DNA of 64,000 nucleotides from Rhynchobatus australiae (GCA_034780895.1 JAUZTB010000071.1:20139597-20203596); one strand, 5' to 3'; positions 23,940 through 37,012 are shown, numbered from the stretch's first letter. Notes: generated by a model from the letters alone, not told the origin. Numbers and translations: made by a program.

Positions 23940-24130
23940 CTGGTGAGCACAGGTATATCATTATACTATGGTATAGGAATGGTGGATGAAGATCTCATTA
24001 TGTAACACTGTGGTACAGTATCAATGAGCACATGTTACATTGATGATGTTATCAATCGCCATCATATAACACTGGGGAAGCAAACTACTGTATACAAGAT
24101 TGTCATTACTGGTGGACACAGATCTCCCAT
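23940..24130. repeat. Degenerate minisatellite
   Basis: Recurrent taacactg(t/g)gg, ctggtg(a/g)..cacag and gatctc motifs at irregular ~45-65 bp spacing. Confidence 0.5.
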
Positions 24131-24297
24131 TGTCATGATCTGCATTTTCAAAGACCTCTCTTGCAGATCTGGAACAGACTCAATGGGCTGTAACATGCTT
24201 TGAATCACCACTGCCCCAACCTTCCATCCACTTTTACTTTTGCATGGGAAGTGAAGAAATTCAATATACTTATTTGAAGAGATGAAACTTTAATTTA

Positions 24298-24700
24298 AAA
24301 GCAAAATACTGCAGATGCAGCAAATTTGACAATACCAGAATTACTCAGGTCAGGCAGTGTCTGAAGAGAGAGAAACAATGTTAACATTTCAGATTAGTGA
24401 TCGTTCCTAGATCTTACCCAGAGCTGGGTAAAGTCAGAGGTAAAACAAGTTTTCAGACACAATGAAGATGGAAGGGAAGGAGAAAACCAAAGGGAATGCT
24501 TGTAATTGGCTGGAAGGAGGGAGAGGTTAAGTGTCAAAAAGGATGATGGATTCAGGTGAAGAGGTTGGTGGAGGCATTCAGTGAATGATAAAAAATGGGA
24601 ATGTCTGGAGGAACTCTAAATAGGAGAAAACAAATGTGAAATTATCACCAGTAAGGAAAAAATGAGGAAAAATATTATCCAAAGTTTGATGGTTTTGAAG
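24298..24700 (-). mobile_element. Old Penelope-like pLTR fragment
   Basis: aaagcaaaatactgcagatgc..ctcaggtcaggcagtgtctg..gagagaaacaatgttaacatttcag terminal arm followed by a purine-rich pLTR-like tract. Confidence 0.55.
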
Positions 24701-25529
24701 GGAAGTTACAAGTTACAAGTTACAAATAACAAAATATTGTCTTCAGTGAAAGTATGGATTTTAGAAACAGAATAAATTGGGATATAAGAATGGTCCAGGC
24801 AGATTTGTTCCATTAAAAGTATAATTCAGTTATAATTCATGACACGAGGTAAGGTCATGGAATTAGATAACATAATGCTTTCAAGAGAAAAATTCTGGAA
24901 ACTAATTNNNNNNNNNNNNNNNNNNNNNNNNNNNNNNNNNNNNNNNNNNNNNNNNNNNNNNNNNNNNNNNNNNNNNNNNNNNNNNNNNNNNNNNNNNNNN
25001 NNNNNNNNNNNNNNNNNNNNGAAATCCAATGAGTGATGACAGGCACTTGATCAATAAGAGTTTATCTGAAATCCACCGTGTGGGTCACAGGATATTTTTT
25101 TCTGAAACACAGCTAGCTTCAAGGTGATGGTTGGGTGTTATTGTTTCAACAACCAGTGATGTGCACTACTGCCCATCAGAACATGGTCAAAATCATGGAA
25201 AAGGATGAAATGGAACTCCCAAAAGATGCAACCCAATTTTGTCATTAAATTAGTTGTCATGCTGAATGAGGTGTGCCTTCATTGGATCATTTGGTCCTGT
25301 TCTAATAGGTTCACCCAGCTTAAAATAGCCAGAGCAGCACAATGTTGGTATCATTCCTATCTTATTTTGATCGGAGGAAAAGAGGAACATAATAGGAGCT
25401 GCATATCGAAGAATGCTTCTGATGTGATTTCATAAATAGAAAATAAATTATTTCAAAACATAAGTGCTTTAGACCGTCTTGACACATACAGGACCAGCAA
25501 TGACTTTGCGTACAGAGAAGCACACTCTA

Positions 25530-25749
25530 TAGGTCCACCCTGGGTTATGAATGCCCAACTTATATGTAGCCCGTACATACAAATGATGATTTGGGAGACT
25601 GGTGGGATGTATTTTCCAGCTACCACGGGGCTGCAAGCATCTTCTGCCACCGAGGAACTCTGTTCGGGGCCGCATTTCCGACTTGCAAGCTGTTGGAGTT
25701 ATGAACAGTTCACAGAAACGGAACCCTACCATAACCTGGGGATGATCTG
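25530..25749. mobile_element. Tigger/pogo-like MITE with TA target duplication
   Basis: ta|taggtccaccctgggttatg ... cataacctggggatgatctg|ta: ~20-bp imperfect TIRs flanked by TA on both sides. Confidence 0.7.
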
Positions 25750-26299
25750 TATAGCAATTGAACAATGCTTTTATCTTATATTACAACAGTGGCTACTCAG
25801 AAGTGCTCTGGGACTATCTGACAGAGGCATGAAAGGCACTATAAAACAAGTCTTGTTTTTCTGTGTTCCATATTAAAATGTTCCTGAGCTTCAACAAGAT
25901 ATAATTGGTCCCTTCAGGGTAGGAATTGCAATAACTAAATTTAAACTATTTTCCCTCATTGATTTTTCTCCTCATTATCTGTTTTTAATGAACCAATATT
26001 TGCTGCCAGCGGCGAGTTCCTATGTTTGCCACCCACACTCACCTCTAACCGAAGAAACAAGTATGAACTGACTTTTAACCCTAAATGGTGAGGGCTTACG
26101 CAGCCTAATGATGATAGGTCGACGGGATAGGACGGAAAAGTTGCTCTCTCTTATTTTCAGCTTGCAACACTGTACTAAAGTGTTGATGCACTTCAGCATC
26201 TCAACGTTAGCAAAATAGAGCAAGGCAGACGTACAGAAAGTGTGCAGGAAGAATGGTCTATACTTCCTGATTTTGGTTTTGTTTAAATTTTTGAATGTC

Positions 26300-29200
26300 G
26301 TTGTATTCTTTTTTTAATGAGCTTCTAATTACATTGAGCTCTGAGTACTGACACCAGTTCTTCTGGGGAGGTAAGTACTGGCCCCATGGATAGCTCTGGT
26401 GTATTGTTGGATATGGGGAAGGGAAGACAATCAAGAGAGTCATAGTGATAAAGAATTCAGTAGGAGGCCAAACAGGCAGACCTACAGTGACAGCCATTGT
26501 CTGGCGCCTCCCTGGAACCAGATTCAAGGACATCACTGACTAGCTGAATAGGGAGGGTGAACAACTAGAAGCAGTGGTCCACATTGATATCAAAGGCATT
26601 GACAGAGGGAAGGATGAGGTCCTGCAGGTAGATTGTAAAATGCAGGGAAAGAGATTAAAAAGTGGTACTTCAAATTGCAGGATTATCAACCTGCCAGTGA
26701 GCCCAGCAACAAAAGAATACTGCAGTTAAGTGACTGAAGAAATGATGGAGGAGGGNNNNNNNNNNNNNNNNNNNNNNNNNNNNNNNNNNNNNNNNNNNNN
26801 NNNNNNNNNNNNNNNNNNNNNNNNNNNNNNNNNNNNNNNNNNNNGCATCTCAACCAATTATCACATAAGGTTTACTGATGACTTTCGGTGGGATGGGAAT
26901 TTGGGATTAGTTTCAGAAGAAAATAAGGAAAAGATGTTTGTGCAAAACTGGGGATTAGTAATCAATTTTAAATGGCAGAAGGAATAAAGACTGGTTAAAA
27001 AAAACAGATGCATTTATGAGTAATTAATGGTATATATTTCAATGTCACAGGTTTAGAAAACACAACAATGAGTGCCAGGCAGAATAAGACTTAAGGTAGC
27101 ATGATGTGGTAAATATTATTGAAACATGGCTAAGGAAAGGCCTGGAAATAGCAGCTCAATATTCCTACTTACAGACATGGAACAGTGAGGGACAGGGACA
27201 TTAAAAAAAACAATGGTAATAATATTGGCTGGAGAAATATTGATAGCTTTGAGGAGAGATGTTAGAAAGATTAAAGTTTAATGTGTTAATCTAAGGATTA
27301 CAAAAGGGGCAAGACACTGCTCATTGTGTGCTGAAAGGCCACTAAACATGCAGACTGAGATAGGAGAACAAATGTACAGGTACACTTCTGGAAGTGCAAG
27401 ACAATAGGGTTGTCACAGTATAGGATTTCAACAACTTAATTTTATTTGCAACAGAACTATCTTAAAATATAGGAGGGGGCAGAATTTTTAAAATGTATTC
27501 AAAACATTTTTGTTTATCAATACATAGCAAACCGAACAAGAGGTGGGCAGTTCTGGACTGAGCTTCAGGGACTGAAGTTGGGNNNNNNNNNNNNNNNNNN
27601 NNNNNNNNNNNNNNNNNNNNNNNNNNNNNNNNNNNNNNNNNNNNNNNNNNNNNNNNNNNNNNNNNNNNNNNNNNNNNNNNNNNNNNNNNNNNNNNNNNNN
27701 NNNNNNNNNNNNNNNNNNNNNNNNNNNNNNNNNNNNNNNNNNNNNNNNNNNNNNNNNNNNNNNNNNNNNNNNNNNNNNNNNNNNNNNNNNNNNNNNNNNN
27801 NNNNNNNNNNNNNNNNNNNNNNNNNNNNNNNNNNNNNNNNNNNNNNNNNNNNNNNNNNNNNNNNNNNNNNNNNNNNNNNNNNNNNNNNNNNNNNNNNNNN
27901 NNNNNNNNNNNNNNNNNNNNNNNNNNNNNNNNNNNNNNNNNNNNNNNNNNNNNNNNNNNNNNNNNNNNNNNNNNNNNNNNNNNNNNNNNNNNNNNNNNNN
28001 NNNNNNNNNNNNNNNNNNNNNNNNNNNNNNNNNNNNNNNAAAAACATCAGTATTTACCAAGGGAGATAGAACTGTTGGGCATGACACTGGATGATGAGAG
28101 GAGAAATGAAATGAGTCCATTTTAAAATAGAAAAAAACAACAATATAATAAATAAGCAAATCAAATTCAATGAAGAGAAAAATTCTGCTCTGGGTGGATT
28201 ACATCCATACATCTCCGAAGGAAGAAATAGCAGAGGCATTGCCACACATTTAAAACACATTAGTAAAAGGCATATTGCCAAAGGGCTCTGGTAGCTAGCT
28301 AGCTAATGTAATGCCTACATTTAAGAGGAGGAATAGTCCAGCCAGTTTAACATTAATGGTAGGAAAAATAGTAGAAACCCAATAAAAGGCGAGAGAGAAA
28401 AAAAATAATGAATTATCAACATGAGTCTCAAAAGGGGAAAATATTGCTTGATCAACCTAACAGATTAACAGCGAGAACAGTGTCAATGCAATAAATGCAA
28501 TTTATCTAGGTTTTCAAAATATCTTTGACAGGTAGTTTTAATATTTCTGCCATCTTTTCATTACCTGTATGAATAAGGTAAGTGAATGTGCAGTCAGGGA
28601 CAAGCAGCAGAAAAAAAATTCAAGGCAATTTCAAGGCAAAAAGCAAAGGATAGCTTTTCACAATGAAAGGAGGTGGATGGTAGTGGTCCATAAGGATCAA
28701 TGTTAAAGCACAGCCCTTCTCAATGTACATTAATAATTTACATTCTGGAATCAAAAATACTATTTTTACATTTTGGATGATACCAAATTAGGGAAATAGT
28801 TAACATTGAGAAGGACTCCAACAAAGTACAGGAGAACATTAGCAAACTGGCTGAACAAGCAAATAATTTTGCACACTAAATTCAGCACATAAATACGAAG
28901 TAGCATATTTTGGTGGGAAGAACAGGCAAGCCACTATTTGTTTCGGCAGAGCAGAGGAACAAATAAGTCTTGGAATACAAAGAAACTAACTACTAAAAGT
29001 TGTGCCACATTTTAGCAAAGTCTTAATAAAAGCAAATCAAGCATAAGGGTTTAGTTTCAGATGGATAGAACTGAAATGTAGGGAAGGTATGCCAAGTCTG
29101 ATTCAAACCTCAGTTAGACTACACTTAGTACAGTTCTGATCACCACAGATGCATTAGAAAGGATGCAGACTAGGCTTACAAGGATAAAACTAGAAATACG

Positions 29201-29660
29201 TCNNNNNNNNNNNNNNNNNNNNNNNNNNNNNNNNNNNNNNNNNNNNNNNNNNNNNNNNNNNNNNNNNNNNNNNNNNNNNNNNNNNNNNNNNNNNNNNNNN
29301 NNNNNNNNNNNNNNNNNNNNNNNNNNNNNNNNNNNNNNNNNNNNNNNNNNNNNNNNNNNNNNNNNNNNNNNNNNNNNNNNNNNNNNNNNNNNNNNNNNNN
29401 NNNNNNNNNNNNNNNNNNNNNNNNNATCACCAAGAAAGTTCAGAAAACTCAGAAGAAACTTAACACAGACTAGTGAAAATGTGGAACTCACTACCATTTA
29501 ATGGAAGGCCGGGCAACCTCTGATGGAGGAGAGAATAAATGGTTACATTAAAGATTCGCATAAGGAAAGGTGAGAAGAGGCTCAAGTGGAGCACAGAAAC
29601 ACTGACATGGATTAGTTAGATTCAATGGGATATTTCTGTGCCATATATCCTATGTAATAC
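26300..29660 (+). mobile_element. Near-full-length but heavily decayed CR1 LINE (ORF1 esterase, endonuclease, RT, 3' UTR)
   Basis: ORF1 SGNH-esterase-like RVIVIKNS..LPGTRFKDITD..EGEQLEAVVHI (26436-26590), endonuclease relics (ETWL ~27121, GFQ/DFN-like ~27423), RT relics (GP*GSML ~28685, LDDTKLG ~28773) and a CR1-type tail at ~29600-29660. Confidence 0.8.
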
Positions 29661-29699
29661 TAAGAATGCAATACTGTAGAAAGCAAGAGGAATATGGGA

Positions 29700-31600
29700 A
29701 GTGTAGGGGTGAAATTAAACATAAGGAAATGAGGAAGGCAAAGGCAGCACATAAAAAACATTGATAATTAAAATCAAGACAAACCCAAAAGTACATGAAG
29801 GGTATCAAGGATGGTTAAGCAAAGACCAAAGACCATTAGAATCTTAGAACATAACCTATGTCTGGAGACAGAAGATATAGGTATGATTCTACACAAATAT
29901 TATAAGTATGTTGTCACAAAAAGGGAGAAATGACATGGATCTTGGAGTTAAGTGTGAAATATTAGTTATAATGAAAATACAGAAGAAACATTAAATGGTT
30001 TTGCTTTTTTAAATAATTTTTTTTTAAATTGCCAGAGCTAGACAAATAAATCCCAAAGAAACATTGGAGAAAACAGTGGAGGCTCTGGCCATTATTTTCC
30101 AACCTTGTTTGGTTAATAAAAATTGTGACAGAGGTTTGAAATGTTGCTAACCGGGTGCCTATATTTATAAAAAGAGTGGTGGGTAGACTAGGTAATTACA
30201 GGTCCATCATCAGCCCAAGTTCAATGATTGGCAACTTACTGGAAACAATTCTGAAGGACAAGCAAAATTATTCAACAATGGTACAGGTTAGTTGTGGTCG
30301 AATCTGCCCAGCTTGATAGAATTTTTTTCTAGAGATAAGTGAAAGATCAAAGAGGTGAGTTATTTGATGCAGTTTATATAGATTTTTAGAGGTCTGTAAA
30401 GCATTCTATTCAGAAAATTAAAAGTTAATGGGATCAAAAGGAAAGTAGCAATTTTCATTCCAAACTGAATTGGTGTAAAGTAAAAAAAAGGGCATTTTTT
30501 AGTGCTCATTTTAGTGATTAGGCCATATCAAGAGAGTTTCAAAAGGATTAGTTCCAGATGTCTTTATTTTACTGTCTATAACAATGATTTAAAAATTTGC
30601 AGATATAAATAAACTGGCAATATGGTTAATGGTGGAGAAGAAAGCTATAGATTGTACAAAGATGTCAATCACTTAGGCAAAAAACATTCAAATAAAATCT
30701 AATCTGGTTATGGGTGTGCTAGCATATCTGGATAAAGCAAACACGCCAAAGGAATATACAATACGTAGTCAGAAACTGAGAAGTATAAACCTGGTAGACC
30801 TGGGAATGCATGTCCACAAATCGCCAAATACTGCAAGAAAGGTAGTCACGATGGTTACACAATACTTGCCTCGATTGGCCAAGGTATAAACTATAAAGGG
30901 GACAGAGGTGATGCTTGAATTGAGCAAAACAAAATGTAGATCACAGAATCCTGTGGACTGTGTTGAGTCCTCGCCACCATGTTACAGGAAAGATGTGATA
31001 GCACAAGCTAGGATGGCAAGCTGATTAATGAGAATGTTGCTAAGACTGAAATTTAGNNNNNNNNNNNNNNNNNNNNNNNNNNNNNNNNNNNNNNNNNNNN
31101 NNNNNNNNNNNNNNNNNNNNNNNNNNNNNNNNNNNNNNNNNNNNNNNNNNNNNNNNTGAGAATGTTGCTAAGACTGAAATTTAGTTATAGAGGAAGACTA
31201 GATTGGCTGGAGTTGTTTGCTTAAGAATAGAGGTGTCTTAGAAGGGGTTTCCTCGAATTATATAAAATTATGCATGGTCTGGAAAGGATTAATGGGAAGG
31301 AGCTATTTCCCTTAGCAGATAAAGCAATAAGTAAGGAGAACAGATTTACTGTGCAAGGATCAGAGGGAACTGAGGACATTTTCTTTCACCTGATGAGTGG
31401 TGGGGTTTTGGAAGTTATGTCTGGAAGGATTATAGAGGCAGAAGTTTTCATCACATTTAAAAATATACTGTCTGAGGACTTGATGTGCTGTAAGCTACAA
31501 AGATCTGAACCCAAAGCTGGAAAGTTAGACTAACGACAACATCTCTTTCACTCCATGAATGACATGAAGGTTTGCAAAGCTTCCTATCTTGCAAATATTC
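29700..31600 (+). mobile_element. Second 5'-truncated CR1 LINE directly downstream
   Basis: RT relics (GNYRSI ~30191, DAVYIDF ~30365, KFAD ~30594) and C-terminal YKIMHGLERINGKELFPL (ORF 31270-31533). Confidence 0.8.
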
Positions 31601-32555
31601 ATGACTTTATAAATCTATAATAACTTCAGGTCTGATTCCAATACTAAGAGGTTACATTGAGCTTTGGCAGCATTGCAAATTGGGTGATAACCATTTGGCA
31701 GCCTGTTTTAGACCTTGCTTAATTCATGAAAAGAAAATTTGGGCTACCTGTCAATCAGGCTGGTAATTCTTTTACTGCCCATTTTCCACACCTCGTTTCA
31801 CCCCTACGTTGTATTGTATTGGCACATCCACAATGTTGTATATCACTCATGCAGCAATCTAAAACGGATTTCACTTTAATCCAGAGGGAAACTTTCAAAG
31901 ACCTTTATAATCACAGTAGGTATCTGCACCTATTTGTAACTGATCCTAGGATACTGTTTCATCACCACAGCACAGCATGCTGCAAGTTGCTTTTAATATG
32001 TCCCATCCATCATAGCTATCTGCAGAGCCTGCTTGTTTTTAGCCCGTTTCAGCTATGAGCATACCATAAAGCATTCTGTCAAGCTGTTACATTGCAGCGA
32101 ATAACGAGCTACAAAGCATGCTGCTGTACTTAGTTTTTTTCAATAGTATAAATTATGTTGCAGCTTTCCATCAGTCTTTCTGCATCTCTTCAAATTCAAG
32201 ACATTTTAAAATTCCTCCTAACAGCAGCATGTCAAATATAGGGAATTGCAGAAAATAATCCCTCAGTTGTTTGACTGTTTCAATAGCCTGCCATAAATAA
32301 ATGAGACCACTGAGTGGTACGAAGAAGGAATTAGAGCCGCTGATTGAGGGGAGATGAATGAGGATGTGTGAACAGGGTAGATGTGATGAGGATTACTGCA
32401 CATGAGTAGGATATATACTGTCGTAACTGGACTGAGCTTCCATGTCATAATTCAAATGTCATTCTATGGTGTGCAAGAGTTTTGCTACAATATTTCTCTT
32501 TAGTTGGTTCTACCTCCAGTAAGGCTTAAATGTTACAAAATAATAAATTCACAGA

Positions 32556-32770
32556 AACACTCTTAGTTCTGAGTCAGAAGGTTGTGAGTTTAAATCCCAT
32601 TGTAGCTATTTGTGCACATTATCTAGTTTGAGCCTTTAGTTCAGGAGCTCATTGAAGGAGAACTGCCTTGCCAGAGATGGTTATTTCTTACAGTAACATA
32701 GCGACCATACCTTCAAGTTGCATATCACTAACAGAGTGGTTTATAAAAGCTGCCGGTTAAATGCAAGTTC
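32556..32770 (+). mobile_element. Deu-domain SINE fragment
   Basis: cactcttagttctgagtcagaaggttgtgagtttaaatccca head matches the reverse complement of 22650-22705; L2-like end ataaaa..aaatgcaagtt. Confidence 0.6.
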
Positions 32771-33889
32771 CACTTTCTTTTCTATCTTTCCACTTACATT
32801 ATACTGAAAGATGTATGAAAATATGAAAAAAAAATGAAGTCCCAACAAGATGAAAATTGTCATTTTGGGAAGAATCTCATTAAAAACTAGCAGATTTTAT
32901 ATAAATAGGTATTCACATATGGGAAACAAATAACAGAACACAGTTCAATACAGAACTGCATGCATCTTTAAAAGTACCCTGAATGTGGACAGAAGGGTAT
33001 GTTAAGTAATCTGAATTTTAAGATGAAAGAGGAGAGAGACTGTCTGAAGACCAGCTTTCACCAACCAGAAATGGTCACTTGATTAGGGAGTAAGATTAGG
33101 GGAAGAATTATCCAGCTATTTGTGATGTCATTCTCTGAGCGTTAGTGAAGAAATGCCCATGCATATGCGACATGCTCTCCATCTGTCCTTGATGAAAAAT
33201 GAATGATGGACTTACAATGATCGGAGACTTTTTTCTTTAGATTTTTGTATATATTATTTACTTTTAGCAGCCACAGTCTATGTATTTGCCAACATTAACA
33301 GGCATTCAGGTGACAGTTGTCTATTCTTAACATCTTGATAGACATATTACCAATAGAGCTGGATGGAAAATTTTAAGGCAAGAGGCACAGAGTGGTAATA
33401 CACCAATTTGAATAGCATAACTGAGAGTAAATGGCCTGAATTTCTATAATTATAAAGCATAATCTAGGTATTTTTGAACATAATGCGAATCTTGCAGAAT
33501 GGGTGAAACACATGAAAAAGGATGTTAACCATCTGAAGGGCTGTCCAGCTTTTGTCTCCAGCAGTAATGTAATATAACATTTATATCAGACATGTGCCAA
33601 GTGAGATTGTTAACTGGCATGCATGCATTTGCATATGCCACTGCTCAACAATATTTTTGGCTGGTCTATACCCTATGTCTTTGCATGTGATAACCTCATA
33701 ATTAGAAATAATACAAAAGAACATGTTGCTATGCTTCATACAGTTGTGCACCTGACTCTTGCTGTTCATGGGACACATTCCAGGCACTGCAAGGAAAATT
33801 GGAACAATCATTAAAATTGTGCAGTTTTGGAGATGTTATTAAAATATTTTGCCATTATTCTGCTTTACTTGACACTGCAAGGAAAACGG

Positions 33890-34257
33890 AACATAAGAAA
33901 TAGGAGCAGGAGTCGACCATCTGGCCCATTGAGCCTGCTCTGCCATTCAACAAGATCATGGTTGATCTGGCTGTGGANNNNNNNNNNCACCTGCCTGCCT
34001 TTCCCCCATAACCCTTCATTCCTCTACTATGTAAAAAATCCATCTAACTGTGCCTTAAGTATACTTAATGAGGTAGCCTCTACTGCCTCCATGGGCAGAG
34101 AATTCTACAGATTCACTACTCTATGGGAAAAGCAGTTTCTCCTTATCTCCATCCAAAACCTACTCCCCCAAATCTTGAGGCCATGTGTCTGCCTGATTGA
34201 ACCACTTCTATCTAGATGTCTCATGACTTCTTCCTTAATGACAGCTTCAAGCACTTT
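33890..34257 (-). mobile_element. CR1 3' end joined to an internal RT segment
   Basis: Tail aacataagaaataggagcaggagt..; minus strand MEIRRNCFSHRVVNL; 34186-34257 is a diverged copy of 34934-35005. Confidence 0.85.
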
Positions 34258-34357
34258 NNNNNNNNNNNNNNNNNNNNNNNNNNNNNNNNNNNNNNNNNNN
34301 NNNNNNNNNNNNNNNNNNNNNNNNNNNNNNNNNNNNNNNNNNNNNNNNNNNNNNNNN

Positions 34358-36330
34358 TCTGCACAACAGCATGCTGCAGTCTTTCACCATTTAAATAATA
34401 CTCTGACCTTCTGTTTTTCCTTCCAAAGTGGATGACCTCGCATTTACCAACATTGTACTCCATCTGCCAGACACTTGACCACTCACTTAACCTATCTGTA
34501 TCTCTCTGCAGACTTTCTGGATCCTCTGTGCAATTTGCTTTTCCACTCAGTTTAGTGTCATCAGCAAACTTAGATATGCTGCACTGGGTCCCCTCTTCCA
34601 AATCGTTAATGTATATAGTGAACAGTTGCGGGCCCAGCACCAACCCCTGCGGCACCCTGCTCACCACTGATTGCCAACAAGAGAAACACCCATTTATCTC
34701 AACTTTCCGCCTTCTATTGGTTAACCAGTCCTCTATCCGTGCTAATACATTACCCCCAGCTCCATAATCCTTATCTTATGGATAAGTCTGTTATACAGCA
34801 CCTTATCGAACATCTTCTGGAAATCCAAGTATGCAACATCCAACTGTTCCCCTCTATCCACTGTGCTCATTATATCCTCAAAGAACTCCAGTAAGTTTGT
34901 CAAACAGGACCTGCCCCTTGGGAATCCATGCTGTATCTGCCTGATGGAACCACTTCTATCCTAATGTCTTGCTATTTCTTCCTTAATGATAGTTTCAAGC
35001 ATTTTCCCAACTACAGATGTTAAGTTAACTGGCCTACAGTTACCTGCCTTTTGCCTACATCCTTTTTTAAACAGTGACGTGACATTTGCTGTCTTCCAAT
35101 CCACTGGGACTTGCCCAGAGTCCAGAGAATTCTGGTAAATTATCACAAACGCCTCTACTATAACTTCCACCATTTCTTTCAGTACTCTGGGATGCATCCC
35201 ATCAGGACCAGGGAACTTGAATATCTTTCACAAGATCACAAGACAAAGGAGCAGAAGTAGGCCATTTGGCCCATCAAGTCTACTCCACGAGCTAAACTAA
35301 TACTATTCCGATCTAGCCCCAATTTCCGTCCTTATCCCCATATCCATTGATACCTTGACTAATTAGAAACCTATCAATCTCCTCCTTAAATGGCCCCAAT
35401 GATCGGGCCTTCACAGTTGTACATGGCAAAGAATTCCATAATTTCCACTACCCTCTGCCTAAAGAGATTTCTCATTTCTCTTTTAAACCAGTACCCTCTA
35501 ATTCTAAGATTGTGCCCTCTGGTCCTGGATGCACTCACCAGGGGAAACAGCTTAACCACATCTACTCTGTGCAGTCCTTTCACCATTCTAAATGTTTCTA
35601 TGAGGTCCCCTCTCATTCTTCTGTACTCCAATGAATACAGTCCAAGAGCCGACAAACAGTTGTCATAAGTAAGCCCTTTCATTCCACCTTTAGGCTCACT
35701 AGTTTGCTCATTATTAGTGAGCGATTGTATCGAGGTCGTTACCTCCCATTGCATCAATAATCTCTCTTTGGCATGTTAGACATGTCTTCTACCATGAAGA
35801 CTGATGCAAAATAGTCATTCAAGACCTCGGCCATTTCCATATTACCCAATATTAATTCCTCCTTCTCATCTTCCAAGCGACTTATATTTACTTTTGCCAC
35901 CCTTTTCTGTTTTATATAATTATAAATATTTTTACTGTTTTTATATTTGTGCTAATTTACTTTCATAATCTCTTCCTTTTCCTTATTGCTTGCTTAGTGG
36001 TTCTTTGTTGCTTTTTAAAGTTGTCCCAATCTTCCAGTTTCCCACTACTCTTGGTGACTTTGTATGCGTGAGCTTTTAACTTAATGCCTTCTTTTATTTC
36101 CTTAGTTATCCAAGGCTGGCTCTTCACACCCTTACTGTCCTTGCTTTTAACTGTAATATATTTTTATTGAGCACCGTGAAAAATCTCTTTGAAAGTCTTC
36201 CACTGTTCCTCAAGCTGTCCCTGCATCTCGCCTGTGCTCCCAGTCTACGTTAGCCAACTCCTCCCTCATCGTGTTGTAGTCTCCCTTGTTTAGGCAAAAT
36301 ACACTGGTTTTAGATCAAACTATTGTACCC
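34358..36330 (-). mobile_element. CR1 LINE ORF2 (RT core), relatively well preserved, interrupted by a nested CR1
   Basis: VPQGLVLGPQLFTIYINDL..SKFADDTKLSG (ORF 34221-34667) and HPRVLKE..VPVDWKTANVTSLFKKG.RQKAGNCRPVNLTSVVGKMLE (ORF 34961-35197). Confidence 0.95.
35229..35685 (-). mobile_element. Nested 5'-truncated CR1 3' fragment
   Basis: GMKGLTYDNCLSALGLYSLEYRRMRGDLIETFRMVKGL..TRGHNLRIRG (ORF 35386-35757) with its own tail (cacaagatcacaaga); the host CR1 resumes at ~35686. Confidence 0.88.
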
Positions 36331-36389
36331 TGAAGACTGTTTCCAGTTTGAAGTTACAAGGATTAATCATTCATGATGTCCAAATAATA

Positions 36390-36650
36390 GAATTAGGGAA
36401 TAATCCAGCAAAAGAGCAGGCCATTGAGCTGCTCACGTCTGTGACAACTCTTTGCGACACTGACCCTGTTCCCCTCATCATTTTCTGTACCCCTGTCAAT
36501 ATTTTTTCTTTTAAGTCTTTATCTCATTCCCTTTAAAATGTTCATACTGAATCTGCTACCACCATCCTTTTAGGCAGTGCAATGAAGATCATTGCATGAA
36601 ATATTTCCTCATGTTGTCTTTGGTATTTTTGGCAATCACCTTAAAACTTT
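36390..36650 (-). mobile_element. Old CR1 3' end
   Basis: agagcaggccattgagctgctc..tgaatctgctaccaccatccttttaggcagtgc resembles the CR1 3' region. Confidence 0.55.
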
Positions 36651-36827
36651 GCACTTGATGCTACACACAGCAAATACCAATACATGGACTGGCAGAAGAA
36701 CAGAACGGGGTGCTATTACAGCAGCAAGCCTCTGTCTTTGTAAGGCGGTGAGCAGTCGTACCGGTGCTATGCATTGTCACACAGGGATACCAAGATTTCA
36801 AAAAGGTTTGCTATATAATGTCAAATT

Positions 36828-37012
36828 AGTATTGGTATTGGAATTGGTTTATTATTGTCACTTGTACAGTGAAAAACTTGTCTTGCATACTGTTCGTACA
36901 GATCAATTCATTGAGGTAGTACAGGGTAAAAACAATAGCAGAATACAGAGTAAAGTGTCACAGCTACAGAGGAAGTGCAGTGCAGGTAGACAATAAGGTG
37001 TAAGGTCATAAC
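36828..37012 (-). mobile_element. Rex1/Babar-type LINE 3' end with (CCAATA)n-like tail
   Basis: gtattggtattggaattggtttattattgtcacttgtacagtgaaaaact; same family as 15895-16100. Confidence 0.7.
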
